Positions 18,405 to 27,300 of a stretch of DNA of 44,485 nt are shown piece by piece; the first letter of the stretch is position 1, and each line of letters opens with the position of its first letter. This stretch comes from Chlamydiia bacterium (lineage in GTDB: Bacteria > Chlamydiota > Chlamydiia > Chlamydiales > JBMOFD01). The stretch is from NCBI GenBank assembly GCA_049314435.1, contig JBMOFD010000004.1:1-44485 (forward strand), in the 5' to 3' direction. The translations under genes and the position numbers were made by a program. The notes beneath the pieces were generated by a model. The model was not told the DNA's origin. It saw nothing but the letters and a program-made list of their open reading frames with translations, and made no database searches.

Positions 18405-19433
18405 GTGGACCGGGCAGCGATTCAGATACGTATTCGACCGCGGGGGATGTGGCAACCCGTTCCCTGTGAGCTACCGATCCATCCGGAGCGCCAAGCCACG
18501 CCCCCTGTTGTGGTGATCTCAGGTCCGACGGGCGTAGGCAAGACGAGACTAGCCCTCCTTCTAGCCAGTCTCATTCCAGCTGAAATCGTCAGCGCCGACT
18601 CCATGCAGGTCTATCGCGGCATGGACATCGGAACAGCCAAAGCGACCCTAGCCGAGAGGCAGGCCGTTCGCCATCATCTCATCGATATTCGCGACGTGAA
18701 AGATCGCTTCAGTGTCTATGAGTTCTTTCATGAGGCCACTCAAGCCTGTGAGGAGATCCATCGTCGGGGCAAGATCCCCATCGTATGCGGGGGTGCCGGC
18801 TTCTACCTCCATGCGCTTCTTTATGGACCTCCGGCAGGACCCTCTCCCGATCCCGATCTGCGCCGCGCCCTCGAGTCGGAGATCGAGCTGCTCGGACCGG
18901 ATGTGCTCTACCAGAAGCTGGCTGAAGCCGATCCAGTCTATGCGGCGACCATCACCCCGAATGATCGGCATAAGGTGGTCCGTGGTCTAGAGATCATCCA
19001 CCTCACGGGACGTAGGGTCAGCGACTTCTCCTGGCAGGAGAGAGCCGAGCGTCCTCAGATGCAGTTCCTGTGCTGGTTTCTCCATATGCCCAGAGAGACT
19101 CTCTATCCGCTGCTTGACCAACGATGCGACCGGATGATTGCGGAGGGGTTGATCGAAGAGGTTTCACGCCTCGATCGCCAAGGGCTACGCTCGAACCACT
19201 CGGCAGCTCAGGCGATCGGCTATCGCCATACTTTGGAATTTCTGGACTCTCCAGGGTCACCAGGGGATTTTGAGGAGTATGTGCAGCGTCTTAGGCGAGA
19301 TACACACCGCTACGCGAAGCGACAATTCACCTGGTTCCGTAAAGAACCACTATTTCGCTGGATCAATGTCACGGATGCAGACTACGAGCTTCTTGCTGAT
19401 CAAATGGCCCAAGAGGTGATGCGGCATTTATAG
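18405..19433 (+). CDS. miaA: tRNA dimethylallyltransferase
   Basis: GPTGVGKT, SADSMQVYRGMDIGTAK, QAIGY, RYAKRQFTWF. Confidence 0.97.
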   Translation: MDRAAIQIRIRPRGMWQPVPCELPIHPERQATPPVVVISGPTGVGKTRLALLLASLIPAEIVSADSMQVYRGMDIGTAKATLAERQAVRHHLIDIRDVKDRFSVYEFFHEATQACEEIHRRGKIPIVCGGAGFYLHALLYGPPAGPSPDPDLRRALESEIELLGPDVLYQKLAEADPVYAATITPNDRHKVVRGLEIIHLTGRRVSDFSWQERAERPQMQFLCWFLHMPRETLYPLLDQRCDRMIAEGLIEEVSRLDRQGLRSNHSAAQAIGYRHTLEFLDSPGSPGDFEEYVQRLRRDTHRYAKRQFTWFRKEPLFRWINVTDADYELLADQMAQEVMRHL

Positions 19434-19471
19434 ATCGTCAGATCTCATTTGGAATGGGTTGCCACCGAGAT

Positions 19472-19500
19472 TTGACACCGCCCCCAGCCTCTGTTAGCCT
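19472..19500 (+). promoter_or_regulatory. Putative sigma66 promoter for the CT768-like/nadD/rsfS operon
   Basis: TTGACA, 17-nt spacer ending TGT, TAGCCT. Confidence 0.45.
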
Positions 19501-19577
19501 GTTCCTACAATAGTTATCAAAGCACGGCGAGATCTGAAATTAATCAGAGTACTTGCCCGAACCGCCAGCAGTCATTT

Positions 19578-21230
19578 ATGGACGATCCTCAAGTCATTTC
19601 AATGGCCGACGCCGCCACACAGCCCTCAGCATCTGAGGACGTGGTTCAAGAGACTCCCACTCAGGAGGCTCCTCATCAGACGGCCGCCGAAGCGAAGCCA
19701 GAAGCTCCGCCATCGGAAGCCGTGCAGAAATTGACGGAGCAATTGACGCAACTGAGTGTCGAAGCGGAGCGGGTGACCCTTGCTCTGCAGTTCATGAAGG
19801 AAGCGCTGGCGAACCAACCTCGTCCTCGATTCAAGGATTTCTGGGATGCTCGTCGGGCCCTCATGATCCTGATCAAACCGGAAGGACAGGAGCTGGCCGC
19901 TGAGGTCACTGAGCAGCTGCAGGCGATTAGCCAAGAAGCTCGCAAGCTGAAGGCAGCTCTTGATGAGAAAGCTACGGCCGCGATGGCGCAGATGGAGGCC
20001 GCTGTTCAAGCGATCGAAGTCGACGTCCATCATCTGGCTGAAGCGATCCGTGCTGTGCCTGAGATCACCCAGTGGCCATCGGCCTTGGCGGCTCGCCAGG
20101 CTGAGTACACGACGGCTCAGCGCGAAGCAGCTGTGCTCTCACAGCTCGCGCATCGGATGACCCTTCTTCGGAAGGAAGTTCTGAGTGCCGACATGAGAAT
20201 CCGGCATAAGAATCAGCTATTGGCTCGTCTTAGCACAGCGGGTGACAAAGTCTATCCTCGTCGCAAAGAGTTGATCACGCGGTTGAGCCAGTGGTTCGAA
20301 GCGGACGTCCAAGCGTTTATGGAAGCCTTCTTCAAGGGCGACCAGGTGCAGGGGATGCTCAATGCGCACCGCGAAGAGATCAAAGCTCTGCAGCAGATCG
20401 CGAAGCAGCTCTCCCTGAACGCGACAGCGTTCAATCGCACACGTCTCCAGCTCGGCGAGGCTTGGGAACGAGTGAAGTCGGCCGACCTGGAGCGCAAGCG
20501 CGCGCGCCAGGAGAAGATGGCTGTTCATGCCCAAGCCAATCAAGAAGTGCTCGACAAAGTCGTGGCCCTAGAAGCCAAGGCGAAAGAGCAGATGGAAGGG
20601 CAAGCCGGGGCAGAAGCCGAGGTCGAGAAGCTGAAAGTCGGAGCCCTTGCGGCCCTTCGACAAGCGGATCTGCCTCGTGAACAGATCAAGTCCTTCAAGG
20701 ATCGCATCTTCGCTGCCGTGAAACCGCTCGAGCAAAAAGAGCAGGACGTAAGGGACGAGAAGAAGCGTGTAGTCCGCGCGCAGGAAGACGCTTATCGCCA
20801 GCGAGTCCGTGCAATCGAGGCTCAACTCGATGCGCTGGAGCCCACGGCTGCCAAGCTGGGACTCGAAGAGCTCCAAAGTCAAATCGGGGCGATTCAGCAG
20901 GCAATGGAGCAGCAGGCTCTTCTGATGGTCGATCAGGAAGGACTGCGTCGTAGGATGATGGCCTTAGGGGACATCGCTTTGTTGGCTCGTGCTGGGGAAG
21001 CCAGGGACGCGGAAGCGCTCAACCTCTTGATTCAAGAGGTGAAGAAGCGTCGTCAGACTTTGAGACAGAGTGTGGACGAGTTGCGTAAGAGCCGCGGTGG
21101 TTCCGCACTGGATGTGACCCGTGGGTTGCAGGCAGAGGCTGAACTAGCTGCCGAGAAGGGTCGCCTTGACCAGATCAACCATCTGCTCTACGAATTAGAA
21201 TCAAAGGTGTATGCAATGCAGCAGGGGTAA
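19578..21230 (+). CDS. Coiled-coil protein, Chlamydia CT768-like
   Basis: 550-aa helical protein; PRFKDFWDARR, LRKEVL..DMRIRHKN, GDKVYPRRKELI, LREEIKALQ-like motifs; position between miaA and rsfS. Confidence 0.75.
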   Translation: MDDPQVISMADAATQPSASEDVVQETPTQEAPHQTAAEAKPEAPPSEAVQKLTEQLTQLSVEAERVTLALQFMKEALANQPRPRFKDFWDARRALMILIKPEGQELAAEVTEQLQAISQEARKLKAALDEKATAAMAQMEAAVQAIEVDVHHLAEAIRAVPEITQWPSALAARQAEYTTAQREAAVLSQLAHRMTLLRKEVLSADMRIRHKNQLLARLSTAGDKVYPRRKELITRLSQWFEADVQAFMEAFFKGDQVQGMLNAHREEIKALQQIAKQLSLNATAFNRTRLQLGEAWERVKSADLERKRARQEKMAVHAQANQEVLDKVVALEAKAKEQMEGQAGAEAEVEKLKVGALAALRQADLPREQIKSFKDRIFAAVKPLEQKEQDVRDEKKRVVRAQEDAYRQRVRAIEAQLDALEPTAAKLGLEELQSQIGAIQQAMEQQALLMVDQEGLRRRMMALGDIALLARAGEARDAEALNLLIQEVKKRRQTLRQSVDELRKSRGGSALDVTRGLQAEAELAAEKGRLDQINHLLYELESKVYAMQQG

Positions 21231-21239
21231 CTCGGAGCC

Positions 21240-21863
21240 TTGGTGAGGGGAATCTATATCGGGACTTTCGATCCTGTGCATCACGGCCATGTTCACTTGG
21301 CCGTGAGCCTCGCTGAGGCGGCGCAGCTTTCGGAAATACTCGTGATCCCCGCCCACTGCTCGCCCACTAAGCTGGACCACCCACCCCTTCCCATTCATCA
21401 CCGCATAGCCATGGCAGAAAAGGCTTTCAAGCCCTTTCCCTTCATCCGTGTACTAGATCTCGAAGCACAGAGACCAGCTCCCTCCTATACCATCGATACT
21501 CTCCGTGAGCTAGAACGCCAGGGCATGGCCCCCATGCGTTTACTTCTTGGCTCCGAAGTGGCTCGGACTCTGCATAGCTGGAGATCCCCTGAAGCGATCA
21601 TCGAACTGGCTCCACCGATTGTGTGGACCTTGCGTGAATCGCATCCCGCTAGGCCTTGGCCCAACGACCCGATCAGTCGGGCATGCCAGGCCCACCTCGT
21701 AGAACTCCCTGAATGGGAGTGTTCTTCTACACAGATCCGAGCACGTGTGAGAGCTGGGTTGACCTGCGCTCATTTAGTTCCGGCGTCTGTTTGGCACTAT
21801 ATCCTCGAGCATGGTCTGTATGAACATGCTCCCAACCCTGTATGTGAGGTCGATTCTGCATGA
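21240..21863 (+). CDS. nadD: Nicotinate-nucleotide adenylyltransferase
   Basis: GTFDPVHHGH, SYTIDTL, SSTQIR. Confidence 0.93.
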   Translation: MVRGIYIGTFDPVHHGHVHLAVSLAEAAQLSEILVIPAHCSPTKLDHPPLPIHHRIAMAEKAFKPFPFIRVLDLEAQRPAPSYTIDTLRELERQGMAPMRLLLGSEVARTLHSWRSPEAIIELAPPIVWTLRESHPARPWPNDPISRACQAHLVELPEWECSSTQIRARVRAGLTCAHLVPASVWHYILEHGLYEHAPNPVCEVDSA

Positions 21864-22279
21864 TCACCGTACGCACACCCTTTGCTTTGTCAACCGTTCG
21901 CCCAGAGGTCTCTAAGACCCTGAGCGCCTGCGTAGCCGCACTTCGCGAGAAGAAAGCCCAGAATATCCTGGTCATCGATGTGCGTGAATGGAGTCCCATG
22001 ACTTCCTATATGATCATTGCGGAGGGGAATGTGGAGCGTCATGTGCAAGCGCTCGCCCGTGAAGTCGTCGATGCGTGTCAGGATCTTGAGATCCCCCAAG
22101 CAAGGCTAGAGGGCTTACGTGAGGGGAAGTGGGTCCTCATCGACCTCGATGAGGTCATCATCCATCTCTTCGTGCCAGAGTGGCGTGAACGCTATGCCTT
22201 GGAGAGGATGTGGGTGGATGCACCACTGATCCCCACAAAACAGCTGCTCGAAGCCTCGACCGAGGCCCAAGGGGCTTAG
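21860..22279 (+). CDS. rsfS: Ribosome silencing factor
   Basis: KKAQNILVIDV, IIAEGNVERHVQA, WVLIDLDEVIIHLF, RERYALERMW. Confidence 0.95.
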   Translation: MITVRTPFALSTVRPEVSKTLSACVAALREKKAQNILVIDVREWSPMTSYMIIAEGNVERHVQALAREVVDACQDLEIPQARLEGLREGKWVLIDLDEVIIHLFVPEWRERYALERMWVDAPLIPTKQLLEASTEAQGA

Positions 22280-22288
22280 GTTTGCTTC

Positions 22289-22321
22289 AAAAGGGGCGTG
22301 GGATCAACCTCGCCCTTCCTT
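22289..22321. terminator. Hairpin between convergent rsfS and HepT genes
   Basis: AAGGGGCGTGG...CCTCGCCCTT stem with A-run on the left and pyrimidine run on the right. Confidence 0.45.
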
Positions 22322-22364
22322 GTCCCTCAAGCTTGTCCACCCGTAGAAGATCTGCCGGCAGAGC

Positions 22365-22712
22365 CTATTTGGGCTCCAGGGCTTTTTGAAGTTGGAGAAG
22401 CTCCGCTAAGAGAGCGGGCAACTCCGTCAGGCAGACATCGATGACGATGTCGTTACGAATGTCGAAATAGTCGTGTACCAGCATGTCACGCACCCCTCGG
22501 ATGTCCTTCCAGGGAATGGAGGGAGCTAGCTGACAGATCTCGTTTGGAATCCTCTTGGCGGCCTCGCCGATGGTTTGAATCTCGTGGGTGATGGCGGTAA
22601 GCCGCATCACATCTTTTTGAAGAGCTCTCGCCGTGTAACCACCACAATATTCAAGAGCCCTTTGCGTCGCTTTGACCATGTCGTCTAAAAACTGTGTCCA
22701 ATCACGCGGCAT
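22365..22712 (-). CDS. HepT/DUF86 HEPN-domain RNase toxin
   Basis: IGEAAKRIP, IPWKDIRGVRDMLVHDYF (R-X4-H-X-Y). Confidence 0.92.
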   Translation of the reverse strand: MPRDWTQFLDDMVKATQRALEYCGGYTARALQKDVMRLTAITHEIQTIGEAAKRIPNEICQLAPSIPWKDIRGVRDMLVHDYFDIRNDIVIDVCLTELPALLAELLQLQKALEPK

Positions 22713-23001
22713 AAACGACCTCAGCCAGGATTCGATCTTTGAAGGCTGGTTTTAGGGCGTGGGCAATCACAAGATCTACCTTCCACCCGAGGACACTCTC
22801 TAAAAAGGACTTTAGTGCGAAATATCCTCGAAACGTCGGGTTGTCCCATTCGACCAGGATGTCGATGTCACTCAGAGCCGTCTCTTCTTGGCGTGCCCAA
22901 CTGCCGAAAATTCCAATACGACCCAAGCCGTACTGCTTTTGCAGAAAGGGGGCATGGAAGCGCAGGAGCTTCCATACTTCATCTCTGGAGGGGGCTCCCA
23001 T
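22702..23001 (-). CDS. Minimal nucleotidyltransferase (MNT) antitoxin
   Basis: IFGSWAR...SDIDILV, KVDLV; overlaps the downstream HEPN gene. Confidence 0.92.
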   Translation of the reverse strand: MGAPSRDEVWKLLRFHAPFLQKQYGLGRIGIFGSWARQEETALSDIDILVEWDNPTFRGYFALKSFLESVLGWKVDLVIAHALKPAFKDRILAEVVYAA

Positions 23002-23102
23002 AGTGCTTTCTCCCTTTAGTCGAGTCTACCCATGTGCCACTAATGTGCCATTGGATCTCAGCAAGCGCAATATCAGGATACAGGATATCAGATACCGTCA
23101 CA

Positions 23103-23371
23103 GGGGGGATTGGGTGCTCGTCGACCTCGATGAGGTCATCATCCATCTCTTCGCGCCAGAGTGGCGTGAACGCTATGCCTTGGAGAGGATGCACCATTGA
23201 TCCCCACAAAGCACTTGCTCGAGCCCTCAAACGGGCCTAGTTCGTTAGTGCGGTGGATTTCCGGCCAGCGTTGATCCAGCAATTCTCTCGGACACAGCAG
23301 CTTACCGGACTCCGGCCCCGCTGACGTGGCCGGCCTTACGAACGAGGCCCTCAAACGAGGCTCAGGGGGCT
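23103..23371 (+). pseudogene. rsfS: Decayed duplicate of the rsfS 3' end, interrupted by a MITE
   Basis: 23111-23228 nearly identical to 22130-22257 apart from a 10-bp deletion between GGATG microhomologies; the final rsfS bases resume after 23351. Confidence 0.85.
23233..23350. mobile_element. 118-bp MITE with 16-bp terminal inverted repeats and 6-bp target-site duplication
   Basis: Left end GGGCCTAGTTCGTTAG versus reverse complement of right end GGGCCTCGTTCGTAAG (14/16); flanked by TCAAAC at 23227-23232 and 23351-23356. Confidence 0.8.
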
Positions 23372-23606
23372 CTCTGCAGCAGGCTGGATTTATATTCTTT
23401 TATGATTGAAGATGACCGCCTTGAGGTCAATATAGATTCATCCAAAAATCCGTTCAATAATCCCACGGCACAACAAGAGCTGGAAGACGGGTCTTAGAAG
23501 ACATTTATGAGCCACTATTGTGTACAGTGAACGCCCTGGCAGGCCGGTTGCAGGGCAAAAGCCCTCTGAGGGATGGCTACGCAGGGATCAGCCCTCCGCC
23601 CTATTG

Positions 23607-24335
23607 CTATTGACCGCGGCTCCAGCATGTTGCACTTTGTGTAGGACCATAGTAACTATTCTTAAAACTCGCCGTCATTTGGGTTTGTAGCAGAGTCTGA
23701 CCACTAGGTTGTCCACCCATACCTGGCATAGTTCCTCCCCACCATAGGCCAAGAAGGGCTTGGTATTCCTGGCTTGGAGGTTGTTGGTACCAAAATGGAG
23801 TTGTGGTGGAACTACTGGAGGCCATGAATGAATAGCCTTTATTGTTATAGTCGGAGTTGTTGTAGGACGTTGTGCAATTGCCGCCCTGACAATTTGGTGG
23901 AGAGCCGGTGGCAAACCAACAACTAGGGGTCAGTGTGACGATCCAACCTATTACAGAACCTGAGTAGTACACGGCGCCATTCGAAATGGTGACGCCATTT
24001 ACTTGCTGACCGTTGCAGATGTATTGAGCTTGGGTTTGTTGATTTCCAATAATAGTATTGCCAGGATTCGTTATGTAATAGCCTACTACGGTTCTGTCAT
24101 TACCGCCAAAGCAGGTATAGTTGACCGGATTTGAATTCGATATACATCGATACACGGTGAGCGGTGCGTCATTTGGGTTGTCCGACGGTGGGCCGCCCGA
24201 CAATCTTGCGCACGTTCCTGGAGTCAGTCCCCCAATGTTAGGATCCAAATAGAAGCATGGGGTTATCCCTATGGCAAAGCCTGCTATGGGGAGGCAGCCG
24301 ATCCAAAAGGTGCATAGAATGCCTGCTAGATTCAT
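23607..24335 (-). CDS. Secreted Cys/Asn/Gly/Thr-rich hypothetical protein
   Basis: Signal-peptide-like MNLAGILCTFWIGCLPIAGFA from ATG 24335 (GGAGGAA upstream); about 9 Cys in the mature part; directly downstream of the giant gene. Confidence 0.75.
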   Translation of the reverse strand: MNLAGILCTFWIGCLPIAGFAIGITPCFYLDPNIGGLTPGTCARLSGGPPSDNPNDAPLTVYRCISNSNPVNYTCFGGNDRTVVGYYITNPGNTIIGNQQTQAQYICNGQQVNGVTISNGAVYYSGSVIGWIVTLTPSCWFATGSPPNCQGGNCTTSYNNSDYNNKGYSFMASSSSTTTPFWYQQPPSQEYQALLGLWWGGTMPGMGGQPSGQTLLQTQMTASFKNSYYGPTQSATCWSRGQ

Positions 24336-24381
24336 GAGTGGTGCTTTCCTCCGCGGAAGAAGAGAGAGCTGTGAACCTTTA

Positions 24382-27300
24382 TCAGTGTTGACATGCATTG
24401 CCTTGCCCTCCTGTTACATAGCCAAATGGGTAGCGGCTGTTCGGAGGACAGATGACGTTTGTATTGCCGGTGGCGGCCTGATACATATTTGTTTGGCCCC
24501 ATATTTGCAGTTGGCTGGGTGCGTTGGTTGGTATAGGCATCCAGGGAATCGAGCAGTATGATCCGCCAGAGGGAGTCCACCATGACGAAACTGTGGCGAG
24601 CCATGGCATGCCACTGATCGTCAGCGCTAGCTGTTGTCCCCCGACTGATACGAAGTTCAACCAAACAAGAGGACCGGTCCCGGACATCACCTGCATACTT
24701 CCAGTAGCCCCAGCGGGTAGCCCATTGAGGCCTCCTACCACGGGGAGATAGGATGGCGTGTACCCTTGGAAGGCGTTGCCGCCAAATATCAGTGGGATCG
24801 ACTGCGTATAGTATGTAGAAGACAGGCTGGAGCCTGAAACTTGAGCCAGAACGAAGGGTTGTCCAGATATTTGGTTGAGATAGCCCTGGGCTTGAGAACC
24901 ATTCGTATCGCCGCTGATGGCGCTGCTAGCAACGCCATTGGTTACAGTGAATACGAGATTGTTTGGCCAAGTGACCTGTGGGCCAGTGGCAATCGAGCTA
25001 GTATAGGAAGATCCTGTAGCGGCAATCGTCCCCGCTGATGTCACGGGGATAGGCACAAATGTACCTGAGAGCCCCTGAGCATTGGGTATGAGCCATTGGA
25101 TATTTGTGAGGCTTTGGACGCTATACAATCCAAAATAGGGCTGGCTACCGGTTACTCCCCAACTATATGAGAATGCACCTTGATATTGACCTGCGGGGCC
25201 GGACGCAGGAATATTACTATTGCCGGAATAGGCAGACTGAGCCAGGGTCTGCCATTGAGACGTGCTGAGATAGGCGATGCTTGCAGTGCTACCCTGTCCG
25301 AGAGCGGCGTTATTGATGGAAAGAAGTGTTCCCGGGCATTGCGAACCCGTACAGTTCACCTGAACAGGAATGTTGCCGCTGACATTGGTTGTAAAGGAAC
25401 CAAAGAAGGACTGAGAGCTGCCCACTTGACTGGGGCTAAATTGAACTATGATGAAGGGCGTTAAGGAGCCTGTTGTCGAGACCCCAGCCAGCTGCTGGTA
25501 ACTATTAGCGGCATTCGCCATCGACTGCCATATCTGCAGTGGCACACCAGTCATCCCACCAGAAATGCCTGCCGTCTGGTTGTTTCCGAACAGCAAATAG
25601 GTAGCTCCAGACACGGCTACAGTCACGGGGACCGACGACGGAGACGAGATCGACCCTAAGGTATTACCCGAGCTAGAGAAGAGACCGGCCGTATAAGGCG
25701 CTTGAGTCGTCACGCAGTAGACAGGGTTAGTTGAGGCCACCATTTGTTGCCAGCTGCCGGTATCGAGGGATATAGCCGCGCCGCTGACTGTGCCTGATGT
25801 GCCGTTGCTAAACGCAATGGATCCGCTGGGCATCGGGCCTGCGGGTATGGAGATGGTCTGCATCGTCACGATGCTAGCTGGTGTGCTGCCGGAGGCTGGT
25901 TGGTATTGAACTGGCTGAGTTGTGGTGCCGTCAGTCAGCATCCCCTGAACCGAAGTCGTCCATGTCTGGGCTGTGTACTGGGATACCTGAGCGCTGCCAT
26001 TCACGACAGGGTAGGGTGTCCCAGCCAGGTAGACTTGAGACACCTTAGACAGAGTGGGTGCTGCGTATTTACTTGTAGAGGCCAACACGATCGGGATGTT
26101 GATGTTCTGGACAGCTGATACCTGCAGAGTCCCATAGGGCTGCGTGGCTGACAGGGTGCTGGCAGGTGGATTGAACGTGATGTAGAGCGAGGTAGAGGCG
26201 CCGCTTGGTGCATAGATCAACGATTGCGAGCTCAGTGACGTCGACGTGATCACCCAGTTTGACCAGGTGGCGATCGGTACATTCACCAGACCTGCAGAGC
26301 TGACAGAGAAGCTGACAGGGGATCCCGATGGGGGCGTGTAGGTAAGAGTCCCTGCTGTTTGGGCGCTGGTTCCATTCTGCCCAAAGAGGGTCAGCGCTAC
26401 CGTATTAGCAGGCGTTGTCGTGGGCGTCGTGATCGTGCCAAAGGGTGTGCTCGAGGTCGGAGCGACGAACCGCACCGGCTGCACGGCTGAGCTGCTCTTA
26501 TAGAGGCCCGCCCCTGGAGGGGTCGTTCCACCGACCCAGCTCTGCCAGTCACTTGCGGAGATGACGATCATGCCAGCGCTGTTGATGGTCTGGGCAGCGG
26601 CGCTCTTGTAGCCTGTGAAGGCGACTGTGCCCGACGAGGAGACCGGCACGCTGTTGGCGAGGGTGATCGGGATGGGCACCTGGGTAGCAGGCCCGATAGC
26701 ACCCACCCAGTTATTGGTGGCGCTAGGCGCTGTAAAGGCCACCAGGTTACCTGTCGTGCCGGTGGTTAGTATCCCTGTTCCTGGAGGCGTGGTCAGCCAG
26801 CTATGCCAGGTCGCATTCGAGAGCGAGATCGTTCCCGTCGCGCCGACGGTCGCCGTTGGAACGGCTGGTGAGGCCACAGGCCATGTGAGTGTCCCTGAGG
26901 TGACGGGTGTTGTGCCACCAGGAGAGACAGCAAGAGGCACCGAGCTGGCTAGAGTCAGCGAACCGAAGGGTGCGCTGACGGTAGACTGACCCGTGGCCGG
27001 CTGGAAGGTAAAGACTTCGACAGCTTTGCTGCCCGAGACGTAGATCGCTGTGGCGGGTGGCGTCGTCTGCCATGTGCTCCAGGTGCTCAAGGGGAGGGAT
27101 ACCGTGGCTGTTGAACTGCCTATGAGAGCAACGGGTATAGACGCTGAGCCAATCCAGAGCTGATCACCCGCTGCTGGTGCGGACACGGAGGTCGATGCTG
27201 TGCTGATGGAGACGGTCACCGATGTAGGGAGGGTGAACGAGCCAACGGGAAGTCCCTGACTGCCTGGTGTATACACAAGGGGAGTTGGGGCCTGGCTAGC

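Noticed and set aside
22739..23200. 153-aa plus-strand ORF ending in RsfS-like sequence
   Set aside because: It is a chimera of MNT antisense sequence and the decayed rsfS duplicate.
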